IMG/VR virus record: IMGVR_UViG_3300050516_000005 | Reading direction: 5' to 3' (one strand) | DNA length: 39,953 bases | Source: a virus | In this document: positions 31,451 through 39,953 of the stretch, in pieces | Layout of the letters: each line of letters starts with the position of its first letter | Position numbering within the stretch: position 1 is the stretch's first letter | The notes under the pieces: model-generated | Told to the model about the DNA's origin: nothing | The model's input: only the letters and a program-made list of their open reading frames with translations | Database searches by the model: none | Made by a program: the position numbers and the translations under genes

Positions 31451-31902
31451 TCACGTTTGCGGTCGAGCCATGGTCCGTTTACGCGCCTGACGCGGAAGAA
31501 CTGTGGCCGCGTCACTGGGAAGAACTGGCGAAACATCGCGATAAAATTCCCCTGGATGTGGACTATGACCGATATGAGATGGCTGATGCGTCCGGCGAAT
31601 TGTTCATCGCTGTGGGTCGTGACAAGGGCCAGGTTGCGGCCTACTGGATCGGTTTTATCAAGGGTCATCTCCACTACAGCGGTACACTGCACGCCTTCAA
31701 CGACATCTATTACGTCGCGCCCGAGCATCGAAAGTCGGGTGTCGGAACGGAACTGTTCGTGTATGTCGAGCGCGAATTGAAGCGTCGAGGGGTAAAGAAA
31801 ATCATCAATGCGACGAAGATCTCACACGATCACTCGGCGCTGTTTGAGTCGCAGGGATTTCATGCGACAGAACGTGTTTTCACTAAGTACATAGGAGATT
31901 AA
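31447..31902 (+). CDS. GNAT-family N-acetyltransferase
   Basis: IYYVAPEHRKSGVGTELFVYVERELKRRGVKKI is a typical acetyl-CoA binding motif A (R/Q-x-x-G-x-G/A); overall GNAT size and layout. Confidence 0.75.
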   Translation: MITFAVEPWSVYAPDAEELWPRHWEELAKHRDKIPLDVDYDRYEMADASGELFIAVGRDKGQVAAYWIGFIKGHLHYSGTLHAFNDIYYVAPEHRKSGVGTELFVYVERELKRRGVKKIINATKISHDHSALFESQGFHATERVFTKYIGD

Positions 31903-31905
31903 GTC

Positions 31906-32517
31906 ATGGCAATCGCTATTGCTGGGTCGGCGGCAGTTGCGGGTGCCGCGATTAGCTCCAACGCTTCGTCCAACGCCGCCAAATCGTCGTCCAACGCCGC
32001 CAAGAATGCCTCGGCTACGCAGCTTCAGATGTACAACCAGACGCGCGAGGATCTACAGCCTTATGCTCAGCAGGGCGTTAACGCTACGAATCAGATCAAT
32101 GCGCTTAACTCGGGCGACTATACGTCATTCACCGCATCGCCTGATTACCAGTTCACATTGAACCAGGGCATCGCGGGGCTGGACAAGTCGGCGGCGGCTC
32201 GTGGTGTGCTGAATTCAACTGGATATGGTAAGGATTTGCTGAATTACGCCTCTGGTGTCGCCTCGCAGCAGTACAACAATTATTACAACAAGATCGCAGG
32301 ACAGCAGTCGCTGGGGCAGTCGGCAGCGGCGGGTACGGCAGCGGCGGGGCAGAATTACGCCAACGCGTCAGCGGCCAATACGCTGGCAGCTGGGCAGGCA
32401 AATGCCGCAAATGCCATTAATCAGGGTAATATTGCGAACAACACGATCAACCAGTTTGCTTCAGCCTACGGCCAATATGGTACGGGTTCGGCCTACGGCA
32501 AATTCTCGGCGGCATAA
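31906..32517 (+). CDS. Internal virion / ejection protein (gp7-slot), Ala/Asn/Gln/Ser-rich
   Basis: Synteny and size relative to the P22 ejection proteins; low-complexity composition. Confidence 0.55.
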   Translation: MAIAIAGSAAVAGAAISSNASSNAAKSSSNAAKNASATQLQMYNQTREDLQPYAQQGVNATNQINALNSGDYTSFTASPDYQFTLNQGIAGLDKSAAARGVLNSTGYGKDLLNYASGVASQQYNNYYNKIAGQQSLGQSAAAGTAAAGQNYANASAANTLAAGQANAANAINQGNIANNTINQFASAYGQYGTGSAYGKFSAA

Positions 32518-32526
32518 GGAACGGAT

Positions 32527-34077
32527 ATGGCACTCCCCGACATCGTACAGGCCAACCCGTTCGCCGCCATCAATCAGGGCGTGCAGGCTAAGAATCAGCT
32601 AGCCGAGCAGGCTATGCGAATTCAGACCCTTACGCAGAACCAGAACGACCGTAACGCGTTCGCCAAGGCCATTGGCATGGCGGCTACGGGCGACCGTACA
32701 GGTGGTCAGAACTTCCTGGCGACCCAGGCGCCGGGAGCGCTGCCCGATTACCAGGGGTACGTCTCACAGCTTGACGCAGGCAAGGCCGCGCAGCTGCAAC
32801 AGTCAAACCAGGCAATATTCCGTAAGGTGCAGGAGATTTCCCAGCTTCCCCCCGAACAGCGTCAGCCGGCGTATCAGGCGGCGAAGGCTAAGCTTGCAGC
32901 GGACGGCGGTGATGTGTCGTGGCTACCTGATGACGTGGATTCGGGGCTGAAGGCGGCTTACACGCATGTGGCGTCTTTTGATCAGGTGTTGAAGGCGTCG
33001 GGGCTGGGTCCGGCCGAGGGTGTTGTGGTCGGACAGGGTGGCGTGCTCACCAACAAGAATACCGGTCAGGTGATGTTTGCGAATCCTTCTGCACCAAAGC
33101 CCGATCAGATCGTCTCTGTTGGCGTCCCAGGTGGCACTCAGCAGTTCTACAACACGCCTTCGGGACTGAAGCCGATTGCCGCGCCTAGTGGTCAGGCGGG
33201 TGGATCGGGCGATCCGGTGAACCCGCTCATCCAGCAGGCTAACCAGATGGTGCAACAGGGTACGCCGCCTGATCAGGTCGAGTCGTGGTTACAGCAGCAG
33301 ATTCAAGCTGGTGGTGGTCAGGTTGGCGGATCTCAGGGTGCCTCTGGTGGCCTCGGGTTTACCCCTTCGAAATCCGCGACGACCGATTCGTTCCGCCCCG
33401 CGACGCAGCAGGAAATCCAGGCGGCTGGCTTGCCCGCTGGATCGTCTGCTCAGGTGAACACGAATACGGGCAAGCTGGATGTGTTGTCGCGTGGGTCTCA
33501 GCTGTCGCCAGATAAGCAGGCTGACGTGGCGGCTAAGCGGCAGAAGGCGGAGGATGCTAAGCGTGAGGCTGTGGCTTCGGCGCAGGATTCGATTGACCGT
33601 ATCGACCAGCTTCTGAATTCTCCGGGATTTAGTCAGTTGGGTACGGCCATGGGCGACCTTGCGGTGAAAACGCCGCTCATCCGAACCGATGCCAAGAACG
33701 CCCAGGCTGCATTGGAGACAATCAGCAGCCAGTCATTGCTTAATACGCTCGGTTCGCTGAAGTCCCTTTCGCCAACTGGTGCATCAGGCTTCGGCGCACT
33801 GTCTGATTCCGAAGGTCGTATTTTGCGTACCGCTGCCGCCAACCTTGAAACGGGCGGTCAGGATAACGCTTCGCTGCGAGCGAACATCGAGGATCTTCGT
33901 CGCAAGCTGGTACGCACTCGCGACCGGATCAATGGCACGCAGGTCCGCCTACCTGAAGAGGAGTCAGGATCTGCCGCGCAGCCTTCCAGTGGCTCACCTG
34001 CCGTGGGCCACGTCGAAGGCGGCTACCGCTTCCTTGGCGGAGATCCGGGTAACCATCAGAACTGGGAGAAGCTCTAA
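32527..34077 (+). CDS. Internal virion / ejection protein (gp20-slot)
   Basis: Synteny and size (516 aa); Gln/Ala/Gly-rich; GALSDSEGRILR motif. Confidence 0.55.
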   Translation: MALPDIVQANPFAAINQGVQAKNQLAEQAMRIQTLTQNQNDRNAFAKAIGMAATGDRTGGQNFLATQAPGALPDYQGYVSQLDAGKAAQLQQSNQAIFRKVQEISQLPPEQRQPAYQAAKAKLAADGGDVSWLPDDVDSGLKAAYTHVASFDQVLKASGLGPAEGVVVGQGGVLTNKNTGQVMFANPSAPKPDQIVSVGVPGGTQQFYNTPSGLKPIAAPSGQAGGSGDPVNPLIQQANQMVQQGTPPDQVESWLQQQIQAGGGQVGGSQGASGGLGFTPSKSATTDSFRPATQQEIQAAGLPAGSSAQVNTNTGKLDVLSRGSQLSPDKQADVAAKRQKAEDAKREAVASAQDSIDRIDQLLNSPGFSQLGTAMGDLAVKTPLIRTDAKNAQAALETISSQSLLNTLGSLKSLSPTGASGFGALSDSEGRILRTAAANLETGGQDNASLRANIEDLRRKLVRTRDRINGTQVRLPEEESGSAAQPSSGSPAVGHVEGGYRFLGGDPGNHQNWEKL

Positions 34078-36296
34078 TGGCCGATCAGGCGCCTTGGGAG
34101 AAGTATTCTCAGGCACCGGCCAGTCAGGCCAGCGCCGAGCCCGTCCCATGGGAAAAATATGGTGGATCAGCCACGCCTGCCGCCGCATCCTCTGCACCGA
34201 ATGCTAACCATGCTGAGGACGTTCCTTACGCATCCGGCGCCAGCCCGTACACAGCTGCGGATCTCAACCCGGAGGCCATGGCGCCAGAACGGCCTAAGTC
34301 CACGGGCGAGGTTGCCTCGGATGTGGCCGGAGAGGTAGGCCGGGGTATCGCGCTGGCTGGGAGGTCTTTGGTCAAGGGTGCGGCGGCGATTCCGGATATG
34401 GTGATCGCGCCTGCCGCTGGTCTGGTCAATAAGGGACTGGACGCGCTTGGCGTTGACCCGAAGTATCACCAGGCGACGCTCAATCAGGTTCTAGATCAGG
34501 GCATTCAAGAGGCCGGTCTGCCCGTACCTGAATCCACGGCAGAGCGGTACATCGACCGCGCGGGGCAGGCTGTAGCTGGTGTAGCGGGAGGCGCCGGTAC
34601 CGTGGCTTCAGCGCTGCGTAGCACAGCATCTCCGGTGGCCGCTGGCGTGGCCGAACAGATCGCGGCGAATGTGCCTCAGCAGGCGCTAGCGGCGACTACG
34701 GGCGCTTCGGCTGGGCAGGCGGCACAGGATGCGGGATTCGGTCCCGTGGGCGAGCTTGCGGCCTCTGTGGGAGGCGCGCTGGCCCCTTCCGCAGCAGTGG
34801 CAGCTACGAGCCTCGCCAACCCGGCCAACATCGTCCAGCGTGCGGCTAACTACGCCTCCACCCGTCCGTCGGCGGCTGGTTTCACTCAGGAAGGCCGCGA
34901 TCTCGCGGCGCGAACTGGTATCGACTTCACGCCGGGTCAGCTGACAGGTACGAAATTTCAGACGGGTCTTGAAAATACGGCACGCCAGTCGTTTTTTAGC
35001 GCTGACAAGGCATTTCAGGGCGATAAGAAAACGGCCGATCAGGCGATTGCCTACCTTGGACGCCTCATGGATAACCTCAACCCTGGTGAGGTTTCGGCTC
35101 AGGGTGTTGGCGACAAGATCCAGAACACGGTCCGTAACGTCGTAAAGAGCCTGTCGGACGCCCGTGAGGCATCGGGTAAGCAGCTATACGGCGATGTCGA
35201 GAAGATCGTGGGTGACTCGCCTATTGTCCAGTACAACAACACGAAGGGCGTCTTGCAAGACATCTTGCAGCAGTATTCCGATGTGCCGGGTGCAGCGGCG
35301 AAGACGGTCAGGTCTCAGGTTCAGGCCCTTCTGGACGACGTTAACGCCAAGCCTGCGTTCTCTCTGGATGCGGCGCGTCGGGCGCGCACGTCCTACGGGC
35401 AGGCGGCGCGTCGCTCTGGCGACATCTTCGAAAACGTCAATCCGCAGGTGCAACAGACCATCGCCAAGCGCCTGTACGGTGCGATGAGCCAGGATATCGA
35501 TGATACGGCTTCGGCTATCAATCACGTCGAGATTTCACAGAACCCGTTGCAGACCCAGACGGGTGCAATCACGGTAAACAGTGGCGGTAACGTCGGGGAT
35601 ATGCTTCGTGCGGCTAATGCGAACTATAAGCGCTATTCTCAGCTTATCGATGGGGTGGAAAATTCCCCTCTTTCGAAGCTTCTTGGGAATGACGTGGTTG
35701 TCGATGGGAATACGATTTCCAATCTGGCCCCGGAGGAGGTGGTGAAGCGCATGCAGGGCTTGCAGCCTAGCCAGCTTAAGACGGTGGTTGGCGCGCTACA
35801 GAAGAACAACCCGGAAGCTTTGCAGGAGTACAAGCGCCTGTTGGTGCAGAACGCCGCCGATACGGCTATGTCGTTGCCGACAAGCGCGGGCGCTAACCAC
35901 GTACCGCTGAATGCTGGTGGGTTCATCCGCGCACTGGGTGGTAACAAGCCTGATCAGGTGGCAAAACTCCGCACGCTGTTTTCAGGTCAGGAAATGGATC
36001 AGATTGACGATGCCTTCGCGGCCATGCGTCGTCTGGGGGATAAGTTCGGCGCGAATTACTCGGGCACTGCGGCGCAGGCTGAAGTCATGAATGCGGTGAA
36101 GAACTTTTCGGTTAGGGGCATTGCTTCGACACTTGGTTCTGTTGCCGGACTTCGCCGGGTGGCCGGAGCCATCGCCAATTCTGACGGTCGCCAGGCCATT
36201 GTCGCGCTATCCAAGGCCAAGCCGGGTAGCGTCGAAGAACGCGCCGCTGCAAAAATTCTCAACCAGATTGCCACACAGCAAGGGGATTCGCCGTGA
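34077..36296 (+). CDS. Internal virion / ejection protein (gp16-slot), largest virion ORF
   Basis: Synteny and size (739 aa); Ala/Gly-rich hydrophobic segments near residues 90-260; TAATG coupling. Confidence 0.55.
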   Translation: MADQAPWEKYSQAPASQASAEPVPWEKYGGSATPAAASSAPNANHAEDVPYASGASPYTAADLNPEAMAPERPKSTGEVASDVAGEVGRGIALAGRSLVKGAAAIPDMVIAPAAGLVNKGLDALGVDPKYHQATLNQVLDQGIQEAGLPVPESTAERYIDRAGQAVAGVAGGAGTVASALRSTASPVAAGVAEQIAANVPQQALAATTGASAGQAAQDAGFGPVGELAASVGGALAPSAAVAATSLANPANIVQRAANYASTRPSAAGFTQEGRDLAARTGIDFTPGQLTGTKFQTGLENTARQSFFSADKAFQGDKKTADQAIAYLGRLMDNLNPGEVSAQGVGDKIQNTVRNVVKSLSDAREASGKQLYGDVEKIVGDSPIVQYNNTKGVLQDILQQYSDVPGAAAKTVRSQVQALLDDVNAKPAFSLDAARRARTSYGQAARRSGDIFENVNPQVQQTIAKRLYGAMSQDIDDTASAINHVEISQNPLQTQTGAITVNSGGNVGDMLRAANANYKRYSQLIDGVENSPLSKLLGNDVVVDGNTISNLAPEEVVKRMQGLQPSQLKTVVGALQKNNPEALQEYKRLLVQNAADTAMSLPTSAGANHVPLNAGGFIRALGGNKPDQVAKLRTLFSGQEMDQIDDAFAAMRRLGDKFGANYSGTAAQAEVMNAVKNFSVRGIASTLGSVAGLRRVAGAIANSDGRQAIVALSKAKPGSVEERAAAKILNQIATQQGDSP

Positions 36297-37099
36297 GCTT
36301 CCGATTTCTAGACCAGGCGCCACAGTTCTTTACCCGGGATGGTCGCGTCCTGGCGGGCGGCTCGCTGACGTTTTACACCACCGGCACGTCGATCAAGCTC
36401 AACACGTACACCAGCAAGGATCTATCGTCCCCAAACACCAACCCGGTATCTCTGGATGCCGATGGCAGGGCATCGTCGGATATCTGGATGGATGGCGAGT
36501 ATCGGGTGGTACTGGCCGACTCGGAAGGCGCTATCCAGTGGACTCGCGATAATGTTGAGGGACCTGCGGATCTGCCGACGTTCTCATCGGGGCAGGCCGG
36601 GTATTTCCTATCGACAAATGGGGAAGATCTTCTGTGGGTGCCGATTCGCCAGCCTCCCGATCCTGCCGGGCAGGTAGGTAAAATCCTTGGGTCGGATGGC
36701 GCCAATATCATCTGGCAGAATCCTCCGGCAACGCCGCCGCCTGCGACATCCGACGTGGCTGTTGGTACCACAAATGTCTCGATCAGCGATGGTACGCGGA
36801 AGATCCTCATCCAGACTGGCACCGCGACGGCTCCCAATGTGGGTGGGCGTGATACATCGGTTTCGGTGAATTTCCCCACGGCATATTCTGGAAATCCTCT
36901 GTATGTTGGTGTAACGCCTCGCTACAGCGGCACCGTGTCGGCCTTGGGTAACGCTCCGATTCCTCACCTTAGCTCTTTCAGCAATACGTCGTTTACAGTA
37001 GTGATGTCCGCTGGTGAGCGCGACGATACGGGATCGGGATTCAATTTTAACGCCGCCATTCCATTTGATTGGGTGGCCTTCGGTCTGGTTGCCGTATGA
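36293..37099 (+). CDS. Tail fibre / tailspike protein with conserved N-terminal fibre domain
   Basis: GGSLTFYTTGTSIKLNTYTSKDLSSPNTNPVSLDADGRASSDIWMDGEYRVVLADSEGAIQWTRDNV matches the widespread fibre N-terminal pattern (G.l.fY.aGT...k.tY......ntNPv.LD..Gr ... Yrv.l.d). Confidence 0.7.
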   Translation: MSFRFLDQAPQFFTRDGRVLAGGSLTFYTTGTSIKLNTYTSKDLSSPNTNPVSLDADGRASSDIWMDGEYRVVLADSEGAIQWTRDNVEGPADLPTFSSGQAGYFLSTNGEDLLWVPIRQPPDPAGQVGKILGSDGANIIWQNPPATPPPATSDVAVGTTNVSISDGTRKILIQTGTATAPNVGGRDTSVSVNFPTAYSGNPLYVGVTPRYSGTVSALGNAPIPHLSSFSNTSFTVVMSAGERDDTGSGFNFNAAIPFDWVAFGLVAV

Positions 37100-37680
37100 C
37101 AAATAGGGTATTCCTTCCTCAGTCGCAAACTACGCTGGTCAATCAGCGTGGTGTGACCATGCAATCGTTCTATCGGTGGTTCCAGTATATCGATGGCGCG
37201 GTGAGCACGAATGGGGATAATGGGAATACCTATGCGGACCAGATCAAAGCGATTGCGCTGGCATTAGGTTCGCCAGATGGCTCGGTGTCTGGTATCCCTC
37301 CTCAAGGCAACCAGGCCGTTATCAACGGCGCAGGGTCTATCGAGGTCAGTGGCACACTTGAGTCGGGAGTCGTCAATTTATCCCTGTTCGGTGACGCCGC
37401 CTATCCGCAGAACGATTCGTACTATGGGACGGATGCGACAGGTAAGCGAGGTTTTTACACCCTCGCGAGTGAGGTCGTCACATCTATGGATGGATTCAAG
37501 GGCGATGTGGTTATCACCAATGACGACCCATCCATTGTCGTACGTAATTCGCTAAATTCGATCTATCTATCGGTTGGAATCATCGATTGTGGGATAATTA
37601 CCGTGCCTTCCATGGGACGAATCACCTCCACAGGTGACCGCCGCGTAACTTCTACCGCAGACCACCGGATTACCGCGTAA
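37096..37680 (+). CDS. Tail-fibre-associated protein (194 aa)
   Basis: ATGA coupling; C-terminal degenerate heptad RITSTGD-RRVTSTAD-HRITA. Confidence 0.55.
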   Translation: MTNRVFLPQSQTTLVNQRGVTMQSFYRWFQYIDGAVSTNGDNGNTYADQIKAIALALGSPDGSVSGIPPQGNQAVINGAGSIEVSGTLESGVVNLSLFGDAAYPQNDSYYGTDATGKRGFYTLASEVVTSMDGFKGDVVITNDDPSIVVRNSLNSIYLSVGIIDCGIITVPSMGRITSTGDRRVTSTADHRITA

Positions 37681-38306
37681 TGGCAGACGTCACCATCAAT
37701 GGGCTAAGCGCCGGAATGATTTCAGGCACAGACGAGATCGAATACCAGATCACGGGCGGTGGCGCGTCTAGGAAAACGACAGCGGGGGCGATTGCCGCGC
37801 TAGCCGGTGCTCTGACAAATCCCATGACGTCTGTGGGAGACATCATACGTGGCGGAACATCTGGGGCACCTACCCGACTTGCTATCGGCACTACGGGTCA
37901 GGTGCTTACCGTGGCGGCGGGGATTCCTTCGTGGGCAACGCCTACCACAGGCGTGACGCTGGCAAATACCTCGCCATGGACTAAGAATCAGTACGTAACC
38001 CCCGTGTCGGTTGCCTCGGCGACGGGTACGTATACGCCTGACGCATCAGCATCCAACAACTTCCAGCTGACGCTTACGGGAAATCTGACGCTAGCAAATC
38101 CGGCCAACCTTCAGACTGGTATGGTGCTTAATTTCTGCCTGGATGAAGATGCCACGGGTGGACGAACCATCACGCTTGGGTCGCTTTACAAATGGCCTGG
38201 CGGCACTGTGCCTACTTGGGTCACGACCGCATCAGCTAAGAATTTCTTCAGCGCTTACTACGATGGCGCTATTTTGCGGTGCTCTGGCGGCGTGGGGTAT
38301 GCCTGA
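37680..38306 (+). CDS. Tail fibre protein (208 aa)
   Basis: GDIIRGGTSGAPTRLAIGTTGQVLTVAAGIPSWATP is a common fibre motif (G.sG.p..L..G..GqvL....g.P.W). Confidence 0.65.
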   Translation: MADVTINGLSAGMISGTDEIEYQITGGGASRKTTAGAIAALAGALTNPMTSVGDIIRGGTSGAPTRLAIGTTGQVLTVAAGIPSWATPTTGVTLANTSPWTKNQYVTPVSVASATGTYTPDASASNNFQLTLTGNLTLANPANLQTGMVLNFCLDEDATGGRTITLGSLYKWPGGTVPTWVTTASAKNFFSAYYDGAILRCSGGVGYA

Positions 38307-39118
38307 TGTTCACCACAGGGGTGGCCTTTTTTGGTGCATCTAGCACATTATGGAAGCCGAGTAATCTTCCTAATCTGTACGCCTGGTATAAGGCAGATAG
38401 TCCGCTCAATACGTTGAGTGGATCGAATTACACTACGTGGAAAGACTTATCCGGAAATTCTCATGATGCGAGCATCAGCGGCACTGTGTCGATGGTTTCT
38501 GGAACGATTGGCGGCCGCTCGGCGGCTTCTTTTACGCAAAACACTGACAACGTAGCTGTCATAGCAAGCTCTGTAGACATTCTTAGGAATAAGAACGGAT
38601 TCCATTTCGGTTCCATGCTTCAGCAGACTTACACTGGTTCAAGCCAGGGAACTTTGTTCCAGTCAGATACGAATAGCTCCGGCTTCGCTAGGGTATATAT
38701 CAGATACCCAAACACATCAGCGCGAACGCCCGCTATTTTAGGTCGCCGACTAGATGCGGATAGCTTGTCCACTGTCCAATCACCCACGACGGTTACAACC
38801 GTTTCATCTCTTCTTGTGAACATCAATTACAGCACGGCTACCGCCGACTTGCGAGCTAATGGTACCCAGTTAATTAGCGATGTATTTACTTCATCGGGGA
38901 GCACGTCAAACACGTCAAGCGCATTTAACGCGGCGGTAGGCAACCAGGCGGGTACGTCTAACAGCTTTGGTGGCTATATTGGCGAGGTAGTCATCTGCGA
39001 TGCGGGCTTATCCCTTGCGGATGAGCAGCGTCTTGAAGGCTACCTTAACTGGCAATGGGGACAACAGTCCTCTCTTCCATCGGGTCACCCCTATAAATCA
39101 GCACCCCCCATGATATGA
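38306..39118 (+). CDS. LamG/ConA-like lectin domain tail protein (270 aa), low-GC gene
   Basis: FGGYIGEVVICDAGLSLADEQRLEGYLNWQWG is a LamG-type ending; TGATG start. Confidence 0.6.
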   Translation: MFTTGVAFFGASSTLWKPSNLPNLYAWYKADSPLNTLSGSNYTTWKDLSGNSHDASISGTVSMVSGTIGGRSAASFTQNTDNVAVIASSVDILRNKNGFHFGSMLQQTYTGSSQGTLFQSDTNSSGFARVYIRYPNTSARTPAILGRRLDADSLSTVQSPTTVTTVSSLLVNINYSTATADLRANGTQLISDVFTSSGSTSNTSSAFNAAVGNQAGTSNSFGGYIGEVVICDAGLSLADEQRLEGYLNWQWGQQSSLPSGHPYKSAPPMI

Positions 39119-39792
39119 CGACTCAGCGCATAAAAAACCGATACGCTGATACGCCGTCAGCCCGACTGTCGGATATCCCTCTTGACCGTGAACTGGTCAT
39201 CCAGGGGTCTGATAACACGCTGTGGCGAGGTGATGGCGTCACGCCGGGCGGTATCGCTATCACGGTAGCAGGAGCAGCCACAGGGACGGTTACTTCCGTC
39301 AACTTCTCGGCACCTTCGATATTCACGCTGGCAGGGAATCCGATCACCACAGCGGGTACCATCACATTGGGGTTGGCGAACGAGCCCGCCATGACGGTAT
39401 TCGCTGGGCCGATATCCGGCACGGCGTCTGCGCCTTCGTTCCGTGCGCTGTATGACTCCGATATCGCCGTATCGATGATTACCGACCAATCGGGTGTATT
39501 GCTCACCGATCAGTCCAATGTAGCCCTTGAGTCGAACTCCTATGGATTTTCTATCTCATGGGCGACTGTCACGGGTAAGCCAACAACGCTGGCCGGATAT
39601 GGCATCACCGATGCTGTCGTTAAGATGGGTGATCTTCCTTATCATCCGCCATTTCTTACTACAAATGTACCTGCGGCGGCGGGTAATCAATACCGAACAG
39701 TGACTATTACCAATCTGGCCGAAGGCGCGCGTATTTGCTGGTCTGACGGGGTAAACTGGCGGCGACTTTCCGACAACTCTATCGCGGTGTAA
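39115..39792 (+). CDS. Tail fibre protein (225 aa)
   Basis: WRGDGVTPGG and WATVTGKPTTLAGYGITDAV motifs common in phage fibres. Confidence 0.65.
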   Translation: MTTQRIKNRYADTPSARLSDIPLDRELVIQGSDNTLWRGDGVTPGGIAITVAGAATGTVTSVNFSAPSIFTLAGNPITTAGTITLGLANEPAMTVFAGPISGTASAPSFRALYDSDIAVSMITDQSGVLLTDQSNVALESNSYGFSISWATVTGKPTTLAGYGITDAVVKMGDLPYHPPFLTTNVPAAAGNQYRTVTITNLAEGARICWSDGVNWRRLSDNSIAV

Positions 39793-39795
39793 ATC

Positions 39796-39953
39796 ATGGC
39801 GCTTACGGACCCGAGCAATACAATTATTCGCGGATTGAGGCTGAATGTCGGGCTGGACGGATTGACCATTTCCATGGGTAAGGGATCGTGTTTCCTGCCT
39901 AACACCAGGCGACTTATTAGTGACGGTAGTTCGGCGGTAACACTTTCGTCTCC
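39796..39953 (+). CDS. 5' part of the junction-spanning fibre-like gene (continues as 3..731)
   Basis: ATG 39796, 4 nt after the upstream stop; MALTDPSNTIIRGLRLNVGLDG... Confidence 0.7.
   Translation, partial: MALTDPSNTIIRGLRLNVGLDGLTISMGKGSCFLPNTRRLISDGSSAVTLSS
39827..39953. repeat. Exact 127-bp direct repeat (copy 2) of 1..127
   Basis: See 1..127. Confidence 0.95.

Noticed and set aside
39115-39953. Diversity-generating retroelement targeting the fibre genes (the GDGVT-type motif recalls Mtd-like fibres; tandem paralogues downstream)
   Set aside because: No reverse-transcriptase ORF (no YxDD motif) exists in any frame, and I saw no near-identical template/variable repeat pair. The paralogues are too diverged (about 60-65 percent in the best block) for a TR/VR relationship. 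A computed self-dot-plot would be needed to exclude short TR/VR pairs fully.

Overview
The window is one complete, circularly closed dsDNA phage genome. The unit length is 39,826 bp, and nt 1..127 are repeated exactly at 39827..39953, with one gene reading through the junction. I saw no tRNA, rRNA, CRISPR array, integrase, CI-type repressor or DNA polymerase.

Layout:
- A divergent control region at about 7165..7275 carries a perfect palindrome with two back-to-back TTGACA boxes.
- Leftward (minus strand, 7164 down to 3428) runs an AT-rich operon of about ten tiny ORFs, followed by a PD-(D/E)XK exonuclease and RecT.
- Rightward (7276..20278) runs a very tightly coupled early/middle operon. It encodes a Cro/YdaS-like HTH protein, two DUF551 proteins, an SF2 helicase, a VRR-NUC nuclease and two Lar-like zinc ribbons. 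It also encodes an SSB-like protein with a DDDPIPF tail and a DnaG-primase/Toprim/RepA-like fusion, followed by an iteron palindrome that is the candidate origin.
- An ORF-free, hairpin-rich leader of about 370 bp (20279..20650) ends in an intrinsic terminator and precedes the late operon.
- The late operon (20651 through the junction to 3431) encodes an Ig+LamG protein, TerS and TerL, then a P22-like morphogenesis set: portal, scaffold, coat, gp4-like and gp10-like proteins. These are followed by three ejection-type proteins, seven tail-fibre-like genes, and a lysis cassette of GH19 endolysin, holin and overlapped spanins.

Most unusual features:
- A four-ORF enzyme island sits inside the virion module at 30599..31902. 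It holds an Asp/Asn beta-hydroxylase-like 2OG/Fe(II) cupin, a 67-aa Cys protein, a 22-aa acidic micro-ORF and a GNAT acetyltransferase.
- The late leader may be a terminated leader RNA, an ncRNA or a pac region.
- The leftward island of tiny ORFs is markedly AT-rich.
- Both RecT and the SSB-like protein end in an SSB-type acidic ...PF tip.

All family assignments come from motif recognition by eye. No database search was run.
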